From: an uncultured Bacteroidales bacterium
Lineage (GTDB): Bacteria > Bacteroidota > Bacteroidia > Bacteroidales > UBA7960
Reading direction: 5' to 3'
Assembly (NCBI GenBank): GCA_964389125.1
Contig: CAYMDX010000001.1
Span: 1-52,034, forward strand
Length of the DNA stretch: 52,034 nt
A model generated the notes under the pieces. It was not told where the DNA came from and searched no databases. It saw nothing but the letters and a program-made list of their open reading frames with translations. This document shows, piece after piece, positions 18,275 through 27,662 of this stretch. Position 1 is the stretch's first letter; each line of letters starts with the position of its first letter. The translations under genes were made by a program, and so were the position numbers.

Positions 18275-19465
18275 TTATTGAATAGCCTGTGTTACAAGGG
18301 ATGCGGCATCCTTAAGCAGTATGGCCGAGGAGGCTTTCATCCCTGATTCGTCAATGATCTGTTTGCCCTCCTCTGCATTTGTGCCCTGTAACCTGACGAT
18401 GACCGGTATGTCGATCTTCCCGATATTATTGAAGGCATCAACAATACCGCGGGCCACTCTGTCGCAACGAACAATACCGCCAAAGATGTTGATCAGAATA
18501 GCGGACACATCCGGGTCTTTCAGGATGATGCGAAAAGCCTGTTCAACCCTCCCGGCGTCGGCTGAACCACCGACATCCAGGAAGTTGGCGGGTTCACCGC
18601 CGCTTAGTTTGATGATATCCATCGTGGCCATGGCCAGACCTGCACCGTTGACCATACAGCCTACCCGGCCATCAAGCTTTATATAATTCAGATCATATTT
18701 TCCGGCTTCCACCTCAATGGGATCTTCTTCCATGATATCCCGCATTTCCAGGATGTCCGGATGACGGAACAGTGCATTATCGTCAATGGTCATCTTGGTA
18801 TCAACAACCAGGATTTTGTTATCGGCGGTCTTGAATAGCGGGTTAATCTCTATAAGCGATGCATCATTCTCCAGGAAGGCTTTGACCAGTTTTGGCACAA
18901 AACGTACCATGTTCTTAAAAGCCTCTCCCGTGAGCTGAAGGTTAAAGGCGATGCGCCGGCATTGAAAAGGTTGGATGCCCACAAGCGGATCAATGGTTTC
19001 CGTAAAGATCTGATCCGGGGTTTCGGCAGCCACTTCCTCAATGTTGATGCCACCGCGTGGGGAATACACGATCATGTTGCGGGAGGTTTGCCGGTTCAGA
19101 AGTACACTCATATAAAATTCGGCCGGTTCCGCTTCTCCAGGATAGTAGATACCCTGCTCCACAAGTACTTTTCTGACCAGTTTTCCCTGTGCCGATGTTT
19201 GTGGTGTAATGAGCTGCATCCCCAAAATCGCATTCGCATGGGCTTCCACTTCCTGCAGGTTTTTGGCGATTTTGACTCCCCCACCTTTACCACGACCACC
19301 GGCATGAACCTGAGCCTTAACAGCCCACGTCGAAACACCCGTTGCCTTTTCTATGGCCTCCGCAGCCGGAATGGCCTCTTTTTCATTCTCAACCAGCTTG
19401 CCTTGTGCAACCGGTACATCATAGCGCATCAATAGCTGTTTTCCCTGGTATTCATGAAGATTCAT
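18275..19465 (-). CDS. sucC: Succinate--CoA ligase (ADP-forming) beta subunit
   Basis: 396 aa. MNLHEYQGKQLL N-terminus, ATP-grasp region VKAQVHAGGRGKGGGVK, C-terminal CoA-ligase domain. Confidence 0.93.
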   Translation of the reverse strand: MNLHEYQGKQLLMRYDVPVAQGKLVENEKEAIPAAEAIEKATGVSTWAVKAQVHAGGRGKGGGVKIAKNLQEVEAHANAILGMQLITPQTSAQGKLVRKVLVEQGIYYPGEAEPAEFYMSVLLNRQTSRNMIVYSPRGGINIEEVAAETPDQIFTETIDPLVGIQPFQCRRIAFNLQLTGEAFKNMVRFVPKLVKAFLENDASLIEINPLFKTADNKILVVDTKMTIDDNALFRHPDILEMRDIMEEDPIEVEAGKYDLNYIKLDGRVGCMVNGAGLAMATMDIIKLSGGEPANFLDVGGSADAGRVEQAFRIILKDPDVSAILINIFGGIVRCDRVARGIVDAFNNIGKIDIPVIVRLQGTNAEEGKQIIDESGMKASSAILLKDAASLVTQAIQ

Positions 19466-19489
19466 ACAATTGTTTTTTTGTTACAGAAA

Positions 19490-19497
19490 CAAAATTA
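19490..19497 (-). promoter_or_regulatory. Bacteroidota -7 box (TAnnTTTG) upstream of sucC
   Basis: Plus-strand CAAAATTA equals minus-strand TAATTTTG, 24 nt upstream of the sucC ATG. Confidence 0.4.
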
Positions 19498-19613
19498 CAA
19501 ACATTTATGTAGCATTAGTCAACCTTTTACGTAATCTGCAAACTTTTTTCAGTATGACAAAATAATTCACTTTTATCTGCCGTTTAGAAATTACATAACA
19601 TATAGACAAACAA

Positions 19614-19865
19614 ATGCCTATGAAGCAATCCGCTACCATTGAAACCCAAATTTTTAAGTACTTGCAGGCTGTTAAAGCCAGTGCCGGTATTGACCATGAA
19701 TCCATGAACATGTATCGCTATCCGGAACAAACGTATGGAACGAAGCCTGAAAATCATCAGGATGTACCCGATAGGCATGTTATCAACCAGATCATGGCAT
19801 ATGCTAAGGCATCAAGCGTACTAAAAAGTGACCATGGCGATGTCATATCGCTCATTAACAACTGA
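19614..19865 (+). CDS. Small hypothetical protein (83 aa)
   Basis: ATG at 19614. It is the only sizeable ORF in this intergenic island and is followed by a clean intrinsic terminator. No family recognised. Confidence 0.5.
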   Translation: MPMKQSATIETQIFKYLQAVKASAGIDHESMNMYRYPEQTYGTKPENHQDVPDRHVINQIMAYAKASSVLKSDHGDVISLINN

Positions 19866-19891
19866 CTTCGCTATGGTAATCCGTAAATGAA

Positions 19892-19932
19892 GGCCACCCA
19901 GCAGAGTTTTTTCTGCCGGGTGGTTTTTTTTT
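19892..19932 (+). terminator. Rho-independent terminator
   Basis: CCACCCAGCAG (19894-19904) pairs with CTGCCGGGTGG (19913-19923) with one mismatch, followed by a run of nine T. Confidence 0.78.
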
Positions 19933-20050
19933 ATGAAATGTTTTCAGAAAATGATACATTTGTTACTGTTCTTCCCGGTCAGCTGTTTTAAAAGATTCGC
20001 TTTGTATTCGGGAAAAAATGATTCAGATAAACCAAATTCATTTGTGCTAT

Positions 20051-20203
20051 ATGTTTATAAAAAAGATCTTTGGAAAGCTTACAATCACGTTGTTCTTTCT
20101 GGCCATTCTTTTCCAGGGTTGCTCCACCCGCGATCTGTGTCCGGCCTACACAGATTCAGAAACAGAAGTTGAAACTACCCTGGCGAAATATGATGAAGAC
20201 TAA
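20051..20203 (+). CDS. Putative small lipoprotein (50 aa)
   Basis: ATG at 20051 gives MFIKKIFGKLTITLFFLAILFQGC (signal plus lipobox Cys) and an acidic tail. The stop lies 8 nt before the lipA ATG. Confidence 0.45.
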   Translation: MFIKKIFGKLTITLFFLAILFQGCSTRDLCPAYTDSETEVETTLAKYDED

Positions 20204-20211
20204 TAGTTGTT

Positions 20212-21075
20212 ATGTCTAAAGCCATTAAAAAGCCATACCTAAAGAAGCCTGCATGGCTGCGTACACAACTGACGAAGGCAAATCACTACCATAACGTAAA
20301 AGACAGAATCGATTCGGGTGGCCTTCATACCATCTGCGAAAGTGGTTCATGCCCTAACAAGGGTGAATGCTGGGGAGAAGGAACGGCCACCTTTATGATC
20401 CTCGGCGACATATGCACCCGCAGTTGCCGCTTTTGCAATGTTCACACAGGCAAGCCGCTGCCGCCTGACCCGGGAGAGCCGGAAAAACTGGCAACAACCA
20501 TTCAGTCGATGGGGGTCAGACATGCCGTCATTACCAGTGTTGACCGGGACGACCTGCCGGATGGCGGCGCTTCTTTCTGGGCCGACACGATACGGACAAT
20601 AAAGCAAACCGCCCCGGAAACGACCATTGAAACCCTGATACCTGATTTTAAAGGTCACCTGGAGAATGTTCAACAGGTCATGGACGCCGGACCTGAGGTA
20701 ATCAGCCACAACCTTGAAACTGTCCGAAGGCTGACGAAAGAAGTGCGTGTATATGCCAGTTATGAAAACAGCCTGAAAGTACTGGATTATATTGCCACAA
20801 ACAGTTCGATACGAACAAAGTCGGGGATCATGCTCGGGCTGGGGGAGACCGAAGAGGAAATCCTGGAAACCATGGGCGACCTGCGCGCTGTAAAATGTGA
20901 AGTTCTTACGCTGGGTCAGTACCTGCAGCCTTCCGCCAAGTTGCTGCCCGTACAAAAATATATACACCCGGACGATTTTGACCGCTATGGTAAGATCGCC
21001 AGGGAAAAAGGCTTTTTATTTGTTGAAAGTGCGCCACTTGTAAGATCTTCTTATCATGCCATCAATCATGTGTGA
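20212..21075 (+). CDS. lipA: Lipoyl synthase (radical SAM)
   Basis: 287 aa. N-terminal cluster CESGSCPNKGEC and radical-SAM motif CTRSCRFCNV. Confidence 0.95.
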   Translation: MSKAIKKPYLKKPAWLRTQLTKANHYHNVKDRIDSGGLHTICESGSCPNKGECWGEGTATFMILGDICTRSCRFCNVHTGKPLPPDPGEPEKLATTIQSMGVRHAVITSVDRDDLPDGGASFWADTIRTIKQTAPETTIETLIPDFKGHLENVQQVMDAGPEVISHNLETVRRLTKEVRVYASYENSLKVLDYIATNSSIRTKSGIMLGLGETEEEILETMGDLRAVKCEVLTLGQYLQPSAKLLPVQKYIHPDDFDRYGKIAREKGFLFVESAPLVRSSYHAINHV

Positions 21076-21106
21076 TAAAAAGGTATTACATTCCCGCGGT
21101 TTTGAG

Positions 21107-22333
21107 ATGAAAGGGATGACTATCAAGTACTTAACGTGTTTTGTGTGTTATTTTGCCTTCATGATCGCGTTCGCCGGCACATCCGCAACGGGCGCCAAAG
21201 ATTCTGCTTTTGCTTCTGATGACATCAAACCGGGCGCGTGGCGAACCGGGCTTTACTTCCCCATGCTGGAAGGGAAACGGATTGCCGTGGCCGGTAATCA
21301 TACATCCCGGATAGGTGACACGCATCTGGTGGATACGATGCTGGCCGAGGGGCTAGAGCTGGTTAAAGTCTTCAGTCCCGAACACGGCTTCAGGGGAGAA
21401 GCCGCTGCCGGTGAAGCTGTTGAAAGTGAAGTGGATGAGGTAACCGGCCTGCCCGTGATAAGCCTTTACGGCACAAACCGGCGCCCCACGCCCCGGCAAT
21501 TGCGAGACGTAGATATCATTGTTTTTGATATACAGGATGTGGGTACCCGTTTTTATACCTATATCTCTACCATGACCTACCTGATGGAGGAGGCAGCTGA
21601 ACAGGATATCCCGTTCCTTATACTGGACAGACCCAACCCCAATGGTCATTATGTAGACGGGCCGGTATTGGAGCCTGCGTATACCTCTTTTGTCGGTTTG
21701 CACAGCGTTCCTATCGTGCATGGGATGACAGTGGGTGAATATGCCTATATGGTATATGGTGAAGGCTGGATGGGGGAGGATGTTCGTATGGATCTACGTG
21801 TTGTACCAGTTGAGGATTATACCCATGAAAGCCGGTATCACCTGCCGGAAGCCCCTTCGCCAAACCTGCCGAACATGCATGCAGTATATCTGTATCCATC
21901 ATTGTGCCTGTTTGAAGGTACCAGCTTAAGTGTTGGCCGGGGAACCGATAAGCCGTTCCAGATTTTCGGGCACCCTGACCTGCCGGCGGAGTACTATCCT
22001 TACAGGTTCACACCCGAAAGTGTTCCGGCAGCACCGGACCCGCCGGCTAAAGGGCAGTCATGCAACGGCTTATATCCGGGGGATACCCCACTTCCAAAGC
22101 TGGAGAAAAAAGACCGGCTTAACTTGTCATGGCTGATAACCAGTTACCGGCATTATCAGGGAGAAACTTTTTTTAATGACTTTTTTGACAAGCTGGCCGG
22201 AAATGCCGCGCTTCGCAATCAAATACAAAACGGCTGGTCAGCTGATGAAATAAGGGAATCCTGGCAGGAAGAACTTAAGCAGTTTAAAGCAATCAGATCA
22301 CAATACCTGTTGTATCCGGATTTTGAAGAATAA
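21107..22333 (+). CDS. DUF1343 family protein (YbbC/NamZ-like exo-beta-N-acetylmuramidase family)
   Basis: ATG at 21107 gives a signal-like N-terminus MKGMTIKYLTCFVCYFAFMIAFAG. The ORF-track start at 21056 overlaps lipA. Body motifs FSPEHGFRG, FDIQDVGTRFYTY and LDRPNP are as recalled for DUF1343. Confidence 0.72.
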   Translation: MKGMTIKYLTCFVCYFAFMIAFAGTSATGAKDSAFASDDIKPGAWRTGLYFPMLEGKRIAVAGNHTSRIGDTHLVDTMLAEGLELVKVFSPEHGFRGEAAAGEAVESEVDEVTGLPVISLYGTNRRPTPRQLRDVDIIVFDIQDVGTRFYTYISTMTYLMEEAAEQDIPFLILDRPNPNGHYVDGPVLEPAYTSFVGLHSVPIVHGMTVGEYAYMVYGEGWMGEDVRMDLRVVPVEDYTHESRYHLPEAPSPNLPNMHAVYLYPSLCLFEGTSLSVGRGTDKPFQIFGHPDLPAEYYPYRFTPESVPAAPDPPAKGQSCNGLYPGDTPLPKLEKKDRLNLSWLITSYRHYQGETFFNDFFDKLAGNAALRNQIQNGWSADEIRESWQEELKQFKAIRSQYLLYPDFEE

Positions 22334-22339
22334 CCTATC

Positions 22340-23260
22340 ATGACTACAGAAAAAAAATCACATCTTTCTGATTTACAAACTAACAGAGTTCATGATCTAT
22401 ACTTATGGTTTAAAGAAGGACTGACCATACCATGCGATCAGAACGAACGCAATGCCATTACCAATGAGGTTTTTTTCCGTTTATTGGATATAAGCCCGGA
22501 ACAGCGCATTATCAATCATGAGCGACGGTTACCGGAATCCGGAATCATGAAGCTCTCCAAAGCATTGGATCGTTTGAATGGTGGTGAACCCGTTCAGTAT
22601 ATTACCGGTGTAACGGATTTCCTGGATCAAGCTATTCATGTAAAGCCGGGTGTATTGATCCCCCGGCCGGAAACGGAAGAACTGGCCATCTGGTTACAGC
22701 AGCATATTCGGGAAAGGGCAGGGGATACCCCTGCGCCGATGCGGATACTTGATGTCGGCACAGGCAGTGGATGTATTGCCATTGCCCTGGCTGCGGGTTT
22801 GCCGGACCATGAGGTACTGGCCTGTGATATGGATGAGAAAATCCTGCAGGTTGCCAAACATAATGCGAAGATCAACAACCAGAACATAGGCTTTTTTCAA
22901 TGTGATATCGTGGATGATTCCAAACATAGTAAAATACTGAGCGGTTCACTGGATGTTGTTGTAAGTAATCCGCCCTATGTAAGGGAATCAGAAAAGACGG
23001 CGATGAAAGATCACATCCTCTTTTATGAGCCAGGGAAAGCCCTATTCGTTCCGGATCATGACCCACTGTTATATTACCGGGCTATCACCAAACAATCATG
23101 GCAATGGCTTAAACCGGGCGGCTGGATCTTTTATGAGATCAATGAGGCTATGGGCCAGTCGCTTCATGAAATGATGAACGACCTGGGGTTTCAGGAAATC
23201 CGCATCAAACAGGATATCCATGATAAAGACCGGTTTTTGTGTGCGCGTAAACCAATATAA
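22340..23260 (+). CDS. prmC: Release factor glutamine N5-methyltransferase
   Basis: 306 aa. SAM motif ILDVGTGSGCIAI and catalytic VVSNPPYV (NPPY). Confidence 0.85.
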   Translation: MTTEKKSHLSDLQTNRVHDLYLWFKEGLTIPCDQNERNAITNEVFFRLLDISPEQRIINHERRLPESGIMKLSKALDRLNGGEPVQYITGVTDFLDQAIHVKPGVLIPRPETEELAIWLQQHIRERAGDTPAPMRILDVGTGSGCIAIALAAGLPDHEVLACDMDEKILQVAKHNAKINNQNIGFFQCDIVDDSKHSKILSGSLDVVVSNPPYVRESEKTAMKDHILFYEPGKALFVPDHDPLLYYRAITKQSWQWLKPGGWIFYEINEAMGQSLHEMMNDLGFQEIRIKQDIHDKDRFLCARKPI

Positions 23261-23280
23261 ACCCAATCAGCTTATACCTG

Positions 23281-24312
23281 CTACACGGCATCTTTTACCG
23301 CGGCAATAAATTCGTCGACATCTTGTACGGTGGTGTGATAGGCTGTCATCCAGCGCACCTCATTTTTTGATTTGTCCCACACATAAAAGCTGTATTGACC
23401 TTGTAATTTTTCGATAGCCGCTAACGGAAGCCGTGCGAAAACAGCGTTGCTTTCAACCGGTTGGGTGATGGTAATATTGTAGATATCCTGTATGCCTTCA
23501 GCCAGTCTTTTTGCCATTGCATTGGCATGACGGGCGTTGTGCAACCAAAGGTCATTGGTAAACAGGGCATTGAACTGGGCACTCACATACCGCATCTTGG
23601 ACGTCAGCTGCATGTTTTGCTTCCGTGTGTACTCAAAATGCTGACCCAGGGAAGGCTCCAGAAAAACGACCGCTTCGGCAGCCATTGCACCATTCTTGGT
23701 CGCGCCGAATGACAATACATCGACCCCGGTATATGTAACCATTTCGGCCAGTGAAATATCCAGGCTGGCAGCTGCATTGGCAATCCTGGCGCCATCCATG
23801 TGCAGGTACAGGTCATTGTCATGGGCAAAACTGGCTATCTGTTTGATCTCCTCAGGCTTATACACGGTGCCGAGTTCTGTGGACTGCGTGATAGAAACCA
23901 CTTTCGGTTGAGCGTGATGCTGAAAACCCCTTGACTCCATCAGTGGATATAGCTGTTCGGGACGAATTTTGGCATCCTGTGCAGGAAGCGTAATAAGCTT
24001 GCAAGAGGTGATTTTTTCGGGGGCCCCGCATTCATCGTTTTCCAGGTGGGCCGTATCCGCGGAAACAATGGCATGATACGGTTGTGTGATGTGTGCAAGC
24101 GATGCCGCATTGGCTCCTGTGCCTGTAAGCATCAGAAACACTTTGACATCCTTGCCGAACAACGCTTTAAAATGTTGCTCCGCCTCGAGGGTATATACAT
24201 CATCACCATAGCTGATAGCATCTCCGCGGTTTACATCCGATATGGCTTGTAACACCCGCTCATGAACGGGCGCATTGTTATCACTGGCGAAACTCTTTGG
24301 TGAATGACTCAT
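23281..24312 (-). CDS. ltaE: Low-specificity threonine aldolase (fold-type I PLP enzyme)
   Basis: 343 aa. N-terminal FASDNNAPVH, the SFGATKNG PLP-lysine region, and overall LtaE-like organisation. Confidence 0.8.
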   Translation of the reverse strand: MSHSPKSFASDNNAPVHERVLQAISDVNRGDAISYGDDVYTLEAEQHFKALFGKDVKVFLMLTGTGANAASLAHITQPYHAIVSADTAHLENDECGAPEKITSCKLITLPAQDAKIRPEQLYPLMESRGFQHHAQPKVVSITQSTELGTVYKPEEIKQIASFAHDNDLYLHMDGARIANAAASLDISLAEMVTYTGVDVLSFGATKNGAMAAEAVVFLEPSLGQHFEYTRKQNMQLTSKMRYVSAQFNALFTNDLWLHNARHANAMAKRLAEGIQDIYNITITQPVESNAVFARLPLAAIEKLQGQYSFYVWDKSKNEVRWMTAYHTTVQDVDEFIAAVKDAV

Positions 24313-24358
24313 GGTTGAAGAATAATAAATGTTGGTTTATAATTTTACTAAATACATA

Positions 24359-25510
24359 TCACTGAACAATAAAGCGGGGAATATCCACCGGAAGCCTGGT
24401 CAGCAGCTGATAATTCAGCTGGTCGCTCATCTCACAAAAAGAAGAGATACTGATACTCATCCGCTTTTGTTTTCCGATGATGACCACTTCATCACCCCGT
24501 TCAACATTGGGGATATCGGTAACATTTACGGTCATGGTGTTCATGGTAACTGTTCCTATAACCGGCACTCTTCTGCCCCGAATCAGAACCCTTCCGGTGT
24601 TGCTGAGAGCACGGCTAAAACCATTGGCGTATCCGACAGGGACGATGGCCACCTTCATTTTTTTGTTGGCCAGGAATGAGCTGCCATAACCGATAAAATT
24701 CCCTTTTTCAACATCTTTAACGACCATCACCTTTGATTTCCAGCTGAGCATTCGCTTCAGTGGATTTGTTTCTTTTGTATCCTTACGAAAACGGAACATA
24801 TGTGTTTCAGGACTCGGCCAGAAACCATACTGGGCAATGCCGAAACGTACCATATCCATGATGGTGTTGGGATAGGTAAGGGCAGCTGCTGAGCAGGCTG
24901 TATGTTTCAGTACGGGTACCAGCTCGTGGCGGGTAAAATAACGCAAAAATTTCCGGTATATGGTAACCTGGTTTTTAATGCGAAGGTAATTGGACAGGCT
25001 CTCCGCCCCTGCGTAATGTGTACAAAGTCCCTGAAAAATAAAATGCTCCCTGTTATTCTTAAGTATCTCCACCAGCTCACCTACCTGGTCATATTCAAAA
25101 CCCGTGCGGTGAAAGCCTGTCTCCACCTCAATATGAATGATCGCTTTTTTATGTAGAATTTTGGCGGTTTCCAGGGCTTTTTCAAGCCTGTTCATGTCAA
25201 AAACAAAAAATTCAATATTGTTCTCAATGGCCCACTCAATTTCAGCATCATCCAGAAGACCCATGATCATGATCTTGCTTTGGGGCGACATAACCTGGAG
25301 CGTATCATTGGCTTCCCTGGGTGAGAAAACAGAGAAATGGTTTATGCCGGCTTCTTCGGCCAACGGTACCACATTCTCCACACCGTGACCATAGGCATTT
25401 CCTTTTACCACAGAGGAAAAAATAACATCCTTACCGATGATCTTTTTTAAATACCGGATGTTGTTTTTATACGCTTTCTTGCTGATTTCTATATAGGAAG
25501 TGTTAAACAT
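24359..25510 (-). CDS. alr: Alanine racemase family protein
   Basis: 383 aa. PLP-lysine motif VVKGNAYGHG, IGYGSSF (catalytic Tyr region), VPVGYANGFSR. Its start lies 1 nt after the upstream amidohydrolase stop. Confidence 0.8.
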   Translation of the reverse strand: MFNTSYIEISKKAYKNNIRYLKKIIGKDVIFSSVVKGNAYGHGVENVVPLAEEAGINHFSVFSPREANDTLQVMSPQSKIMIMGLLDDAEIEWAIENNIEFFVFDMNRLEKALETAKILHKKAIIHIEVETGFHRTGFEYDQVGELVEILKNNREHFIFQGLCTHYAGAESLSNYLRIKNQVTIYRKFLRYFTRHELVPVLKHTACSAAALTYPNTIMDMVRFGIAQYGFWPSPETHMFRFRKDTKETNPLKRMLSWKSKVMVVKDVEKGNFIGYGSSFLANKKMKVAIVPVGYANGFSRALSNTGRVLIRGRRVPVIGTVTMNTMTVNVTDIPNVERGDEVVIIGKQKRMSISISSFCEMSDQLNYQLLTRLPVDIPRFIVQ

Positions 25511-25511
25511 A

Positions 25512-26675
25512 TTATCTAAGTGTTACTATTTGATCAGCGATATGGTAAAACATTCGAATCCCGGTATGCAGAATCTCATCTGGAAAATCATAGTCATGGT
25601 TGTGCAGGCTGGGATGATCCTTGCCGGAACCGATACCGAACAGTGCACCCGGAGCTATACCGGTAAATTGACCAAAATCTTCGGACCAGCGGAACGGTTC
25701 TTCAATAACGTAGCTTGATGCCCCTGTTTTCTCAATGGCATGTTCAACGATTTGAGCGGCTGTTGCATCATTGATGGTCGCCGGAAAGGCCTCCGTATAA
25801 TCCACGTTGATGTCGATATGGTATTCTGCAGCCAACTTTTCAGCTATTTTCAGGGATTTTTCATTAAGTATCTGCATATCTTCGTCAAGATAGGTACGCA
25901 GGGTGGCCATCACCTCTGCTTTCCCCGGATTGGTGCCGAAGGCAACTTCACCGAGACGGGCATGGATGATGGTTAACAACACAAAGTCTTTAAACAGGGA
26001 GGCATGTTGTTTCGGCACCTCCATCAGTTCATCGATAAGCCTGGTCATCATTCTGACGGGGCTATTGCCCTGCTCCGGATGAGCGGCATGGGATGATTTT
26101 CCCTGTAATTTAATGATCATTCCTTTGGATGCCGCCGCAAACGGCCCCTGTCTGGTAACGATCAGATTTTGTTCATAGCCGGGCAGGTTATGCAGGGCAA
26201 ACACATAATCTGGTTTGATGCTTTGAAACTGTGGGTCATTGATAACCCGCTCAGCTCCCTGGCCGGTCTCTTCGGCCGGTTGAAAAAGGAGTATAATACG
26301 CCCTTTGGTCGGTCTCTTTTCCTTGAAAATGGCTGACAATCCGGAGAGTATGGCCATATGACCATCATGGCCGCACTTATGTGCCACACCGGGTTTCAGG
26401 CTGCGATGCGGGAACGTATTAACCTCATGTATCGGCAAGGCATCCAGGTCAGCCCTGAAGAGCAGGGTCGGCCCCTCATCACCACCTTCATAGACAGCTG
26501 CAACGCCATGACCCCCAAGTCCTTCCATAATCCGGTCAGGATCCTGCTGCAGCAGAAAAGACTTGATAAGATTGGCTGTATTGCTTTCCCCATCCGATAA
26601 TTCAGGATAGCGGTGCAATGTTCTTCGCAGCTGCCTTATCTTGTCCAAACATTCCGTGGATAATATCTCTGACAT
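25512..26675 (-). CDS. M20D family amidohydrolase (N-acyl-amino-acid / hippurate hydrolase type)
   Basis: ATG at 26675 (MSEILSTECLDKIRQLRRTLHRYPELS). The ORF-track start at 26816 overlaps the upstream gene. Motifs FRADLDALP, HKCGHDGH, FQPAEE. Confidence 0.82.
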   Translation of the reverse strand: MSEILSTECLDKIRQLRRTLHRYPELSDGESNTANLIKSFLLQQDPDRIMEGLGGHGVAAVYEGGDEGPTLLFRADLDALPIHEVNTFPHRSLKPGVAHKCGHDGHMAILSGLSAIFKEKRPTKGRIILLFQPAEETGQGAERVINDPQFQSIKPDYVFALHNLPGYEQNLIVTRQGPFAAASKGMIIKLQGKSSHAAHPEQGNSPVRMMTRLIDELMEVPKQHASLFKDFVLLTIIHARLGEVAFGTNPGKAEVMATLRTYLDEDMQILNEKSLKIAEKLAAEYHIDINVDYTEAFPATINDATAAQIVEHAIEKTGASSYVIEEPFRWSEDFGQFTGIAPGALFGIGSGKDHPSLHNHDYDFPDEILHTGIRMFYHIADQIVTLR

Positions 26676-26688
26676 CGTTGTTTTTTTG

Positions 26689-26696
26689 CAAAGGTA
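26689..26696 (-). promoter_or_regulatory. -7 box (TAccTTTG) upstream of the amidohydrolase gene
   Basis: Plus-strand CAAAGGTA equals minus-strand TACCTTTG, 13 nt upstream of the ATG at 26675. Confidence 0.4.
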
Positions 26697-26778
26697 GGTA
26701 TTTTGATTATTGATTATACGAAACAATAACCCGTAGGTATTTGGTAAGAACCTGTGGAAATGCAGGGAGCAGGGGATC

Positions 26779-27558
26779 TTATTCTCCGGCAACGATGACG
26801 CGAACGGACTCCGCAATTTCCAAAGCAGTGGTTAAGGTGGACAGGTCTTCATACAAGTTCCCGTTTTGACCTGACCAATGGCCGTGTCCAATGGGTTCAA
26901 GCCGGTATTCATCCCGGGGTTTATTGCGGTTGATGGTAGCCATGTACACCACGGCCGGCTGACTGGATGTCATATAATGCTCATTGTCCGGGTACTTGGT
27001 ATTCGTCCAGTAGTCGTTCCAGTTCCAGGACTGATTGATTTCGAACAACACATTAAAATGCCTAAGTGTATCGGGAATTTGTGTATGAAGCACAAAACTT
27101 TCTTTGGGCGTGGGGCCGGTGATGGCATCAGGTACAGGATTGTCGGGCGTGGGGATATAGTAACCGTCTTCGGCTTGTATTCCTCTCTGGTGACCCCAGT
27201 AGGGGAGGGCGGCAGGACGTCTTATCGGGCCTGGCTTCCACTTCCCTTCTGAAGGATCGCCATAGGTGAATACGCCTTTACCAATGGATTCAGCCACGTA
27301 CAGGGTTTGCAGAAAATTTTCCTCTGTGTCTTCAATCCATACGGCCATCAAAGGATGATTGTGTTCTTTGCCCCGGTCAAAAATAACCTGCAGGGCCATT
27401 CCGCCAGCATCCCGGCGCGTATGTATCTCCTCAACCTGTCCGCCTGAATGGGAGACATCAGCATTTTCAGAGGGTTGCCCGTTTAAAGGGGACATGACCA
27501 TCAGAATAGCTGCACAACCAGTAACACCCAAAATCATAAATGATTGCACTTGTTTCAT
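26779..27558 (-). CDS. Exported hypothetical protein (possibly DUF2271-like)
   Basis: 259 aa. Signal peptide MKQVQSFMILGVTGCAAILMVMSPLNG. The segment HPLMAVWIEDTEENFLQTLYV resembles what I recall of DUF2271. No catalytic motif seen. Confidence 0.6.
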   Translation of the reverse strand: MKQVQSFMILGVTGCAAILMVMSPLNGQPSENADVSHSGGQVEEIHTRRDAGGMALQVIFDRGKEHNHPLMAVWIEDTEENFLQTLYVAESIGKGVFTYGDPSEGKWKPGPIRRPAALPYWGHQRGIQAEDGYYIPTPDNPVPDAITGPTPKESFVLHTQIPDTLRHFNVLFEINQSWNWNDYWTNTKYPDNEHYMTSSQPAVVYMATINRNKPRDEYRLEPIGHGHWSGQNGNLYEDLSTLTTALEIAESVRVIVAGE

Positions 27559-27585
27559 GAAAAATGTCAGTCACTTAAATCATCA

Positions 27586-27593
27586 CAAAAGTA
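27586..27593 (-). promoter_or_regulatory. -7 box (TActTTTG) upstream of the 259-aa exported protein gene
   Basis: Plus-strand CAAAAGTA equals minus-strand TACTTTTG, 27 nt upstream of the ATG at 27558. Confidence 0.4.
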
Positions 27594-27662
27594 AATTGCC
27601 AATAAGAATCGTCAATAAATAATGATTAATCTAACCTATATACTATATAACCTGTTCAATAA

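Noticed and set aside
18275-19465. sucC without an adjacent sucD
   Set aside because: As far as I recall, unlinked sucC and sucD genes are common in Bacteroidota. This is not evidence of gene loss or novelty.
19933-20172. 79-aa plus-strand ORF overlapping the mini-lipoprotein ORF
   Set aside because: It is in a different frame from the ORF with a textbook signal peptide and lipobox. Its own product has no features, so only one of the two can reasonably be real.
20347-20967. 206-aa minus-strand ORF
   Set aside because: It is antisense to lipA, whose radical-SAM motifs are unambiguous.
27631-27655. AACCTATATACTATATAACCT element upstream of the 259-aa gene
   Set aside because: It is a mirror repeat, not an inverted repeat, so it forms no hairpin. 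It sits in an AT-rich spacer and is likely chance.
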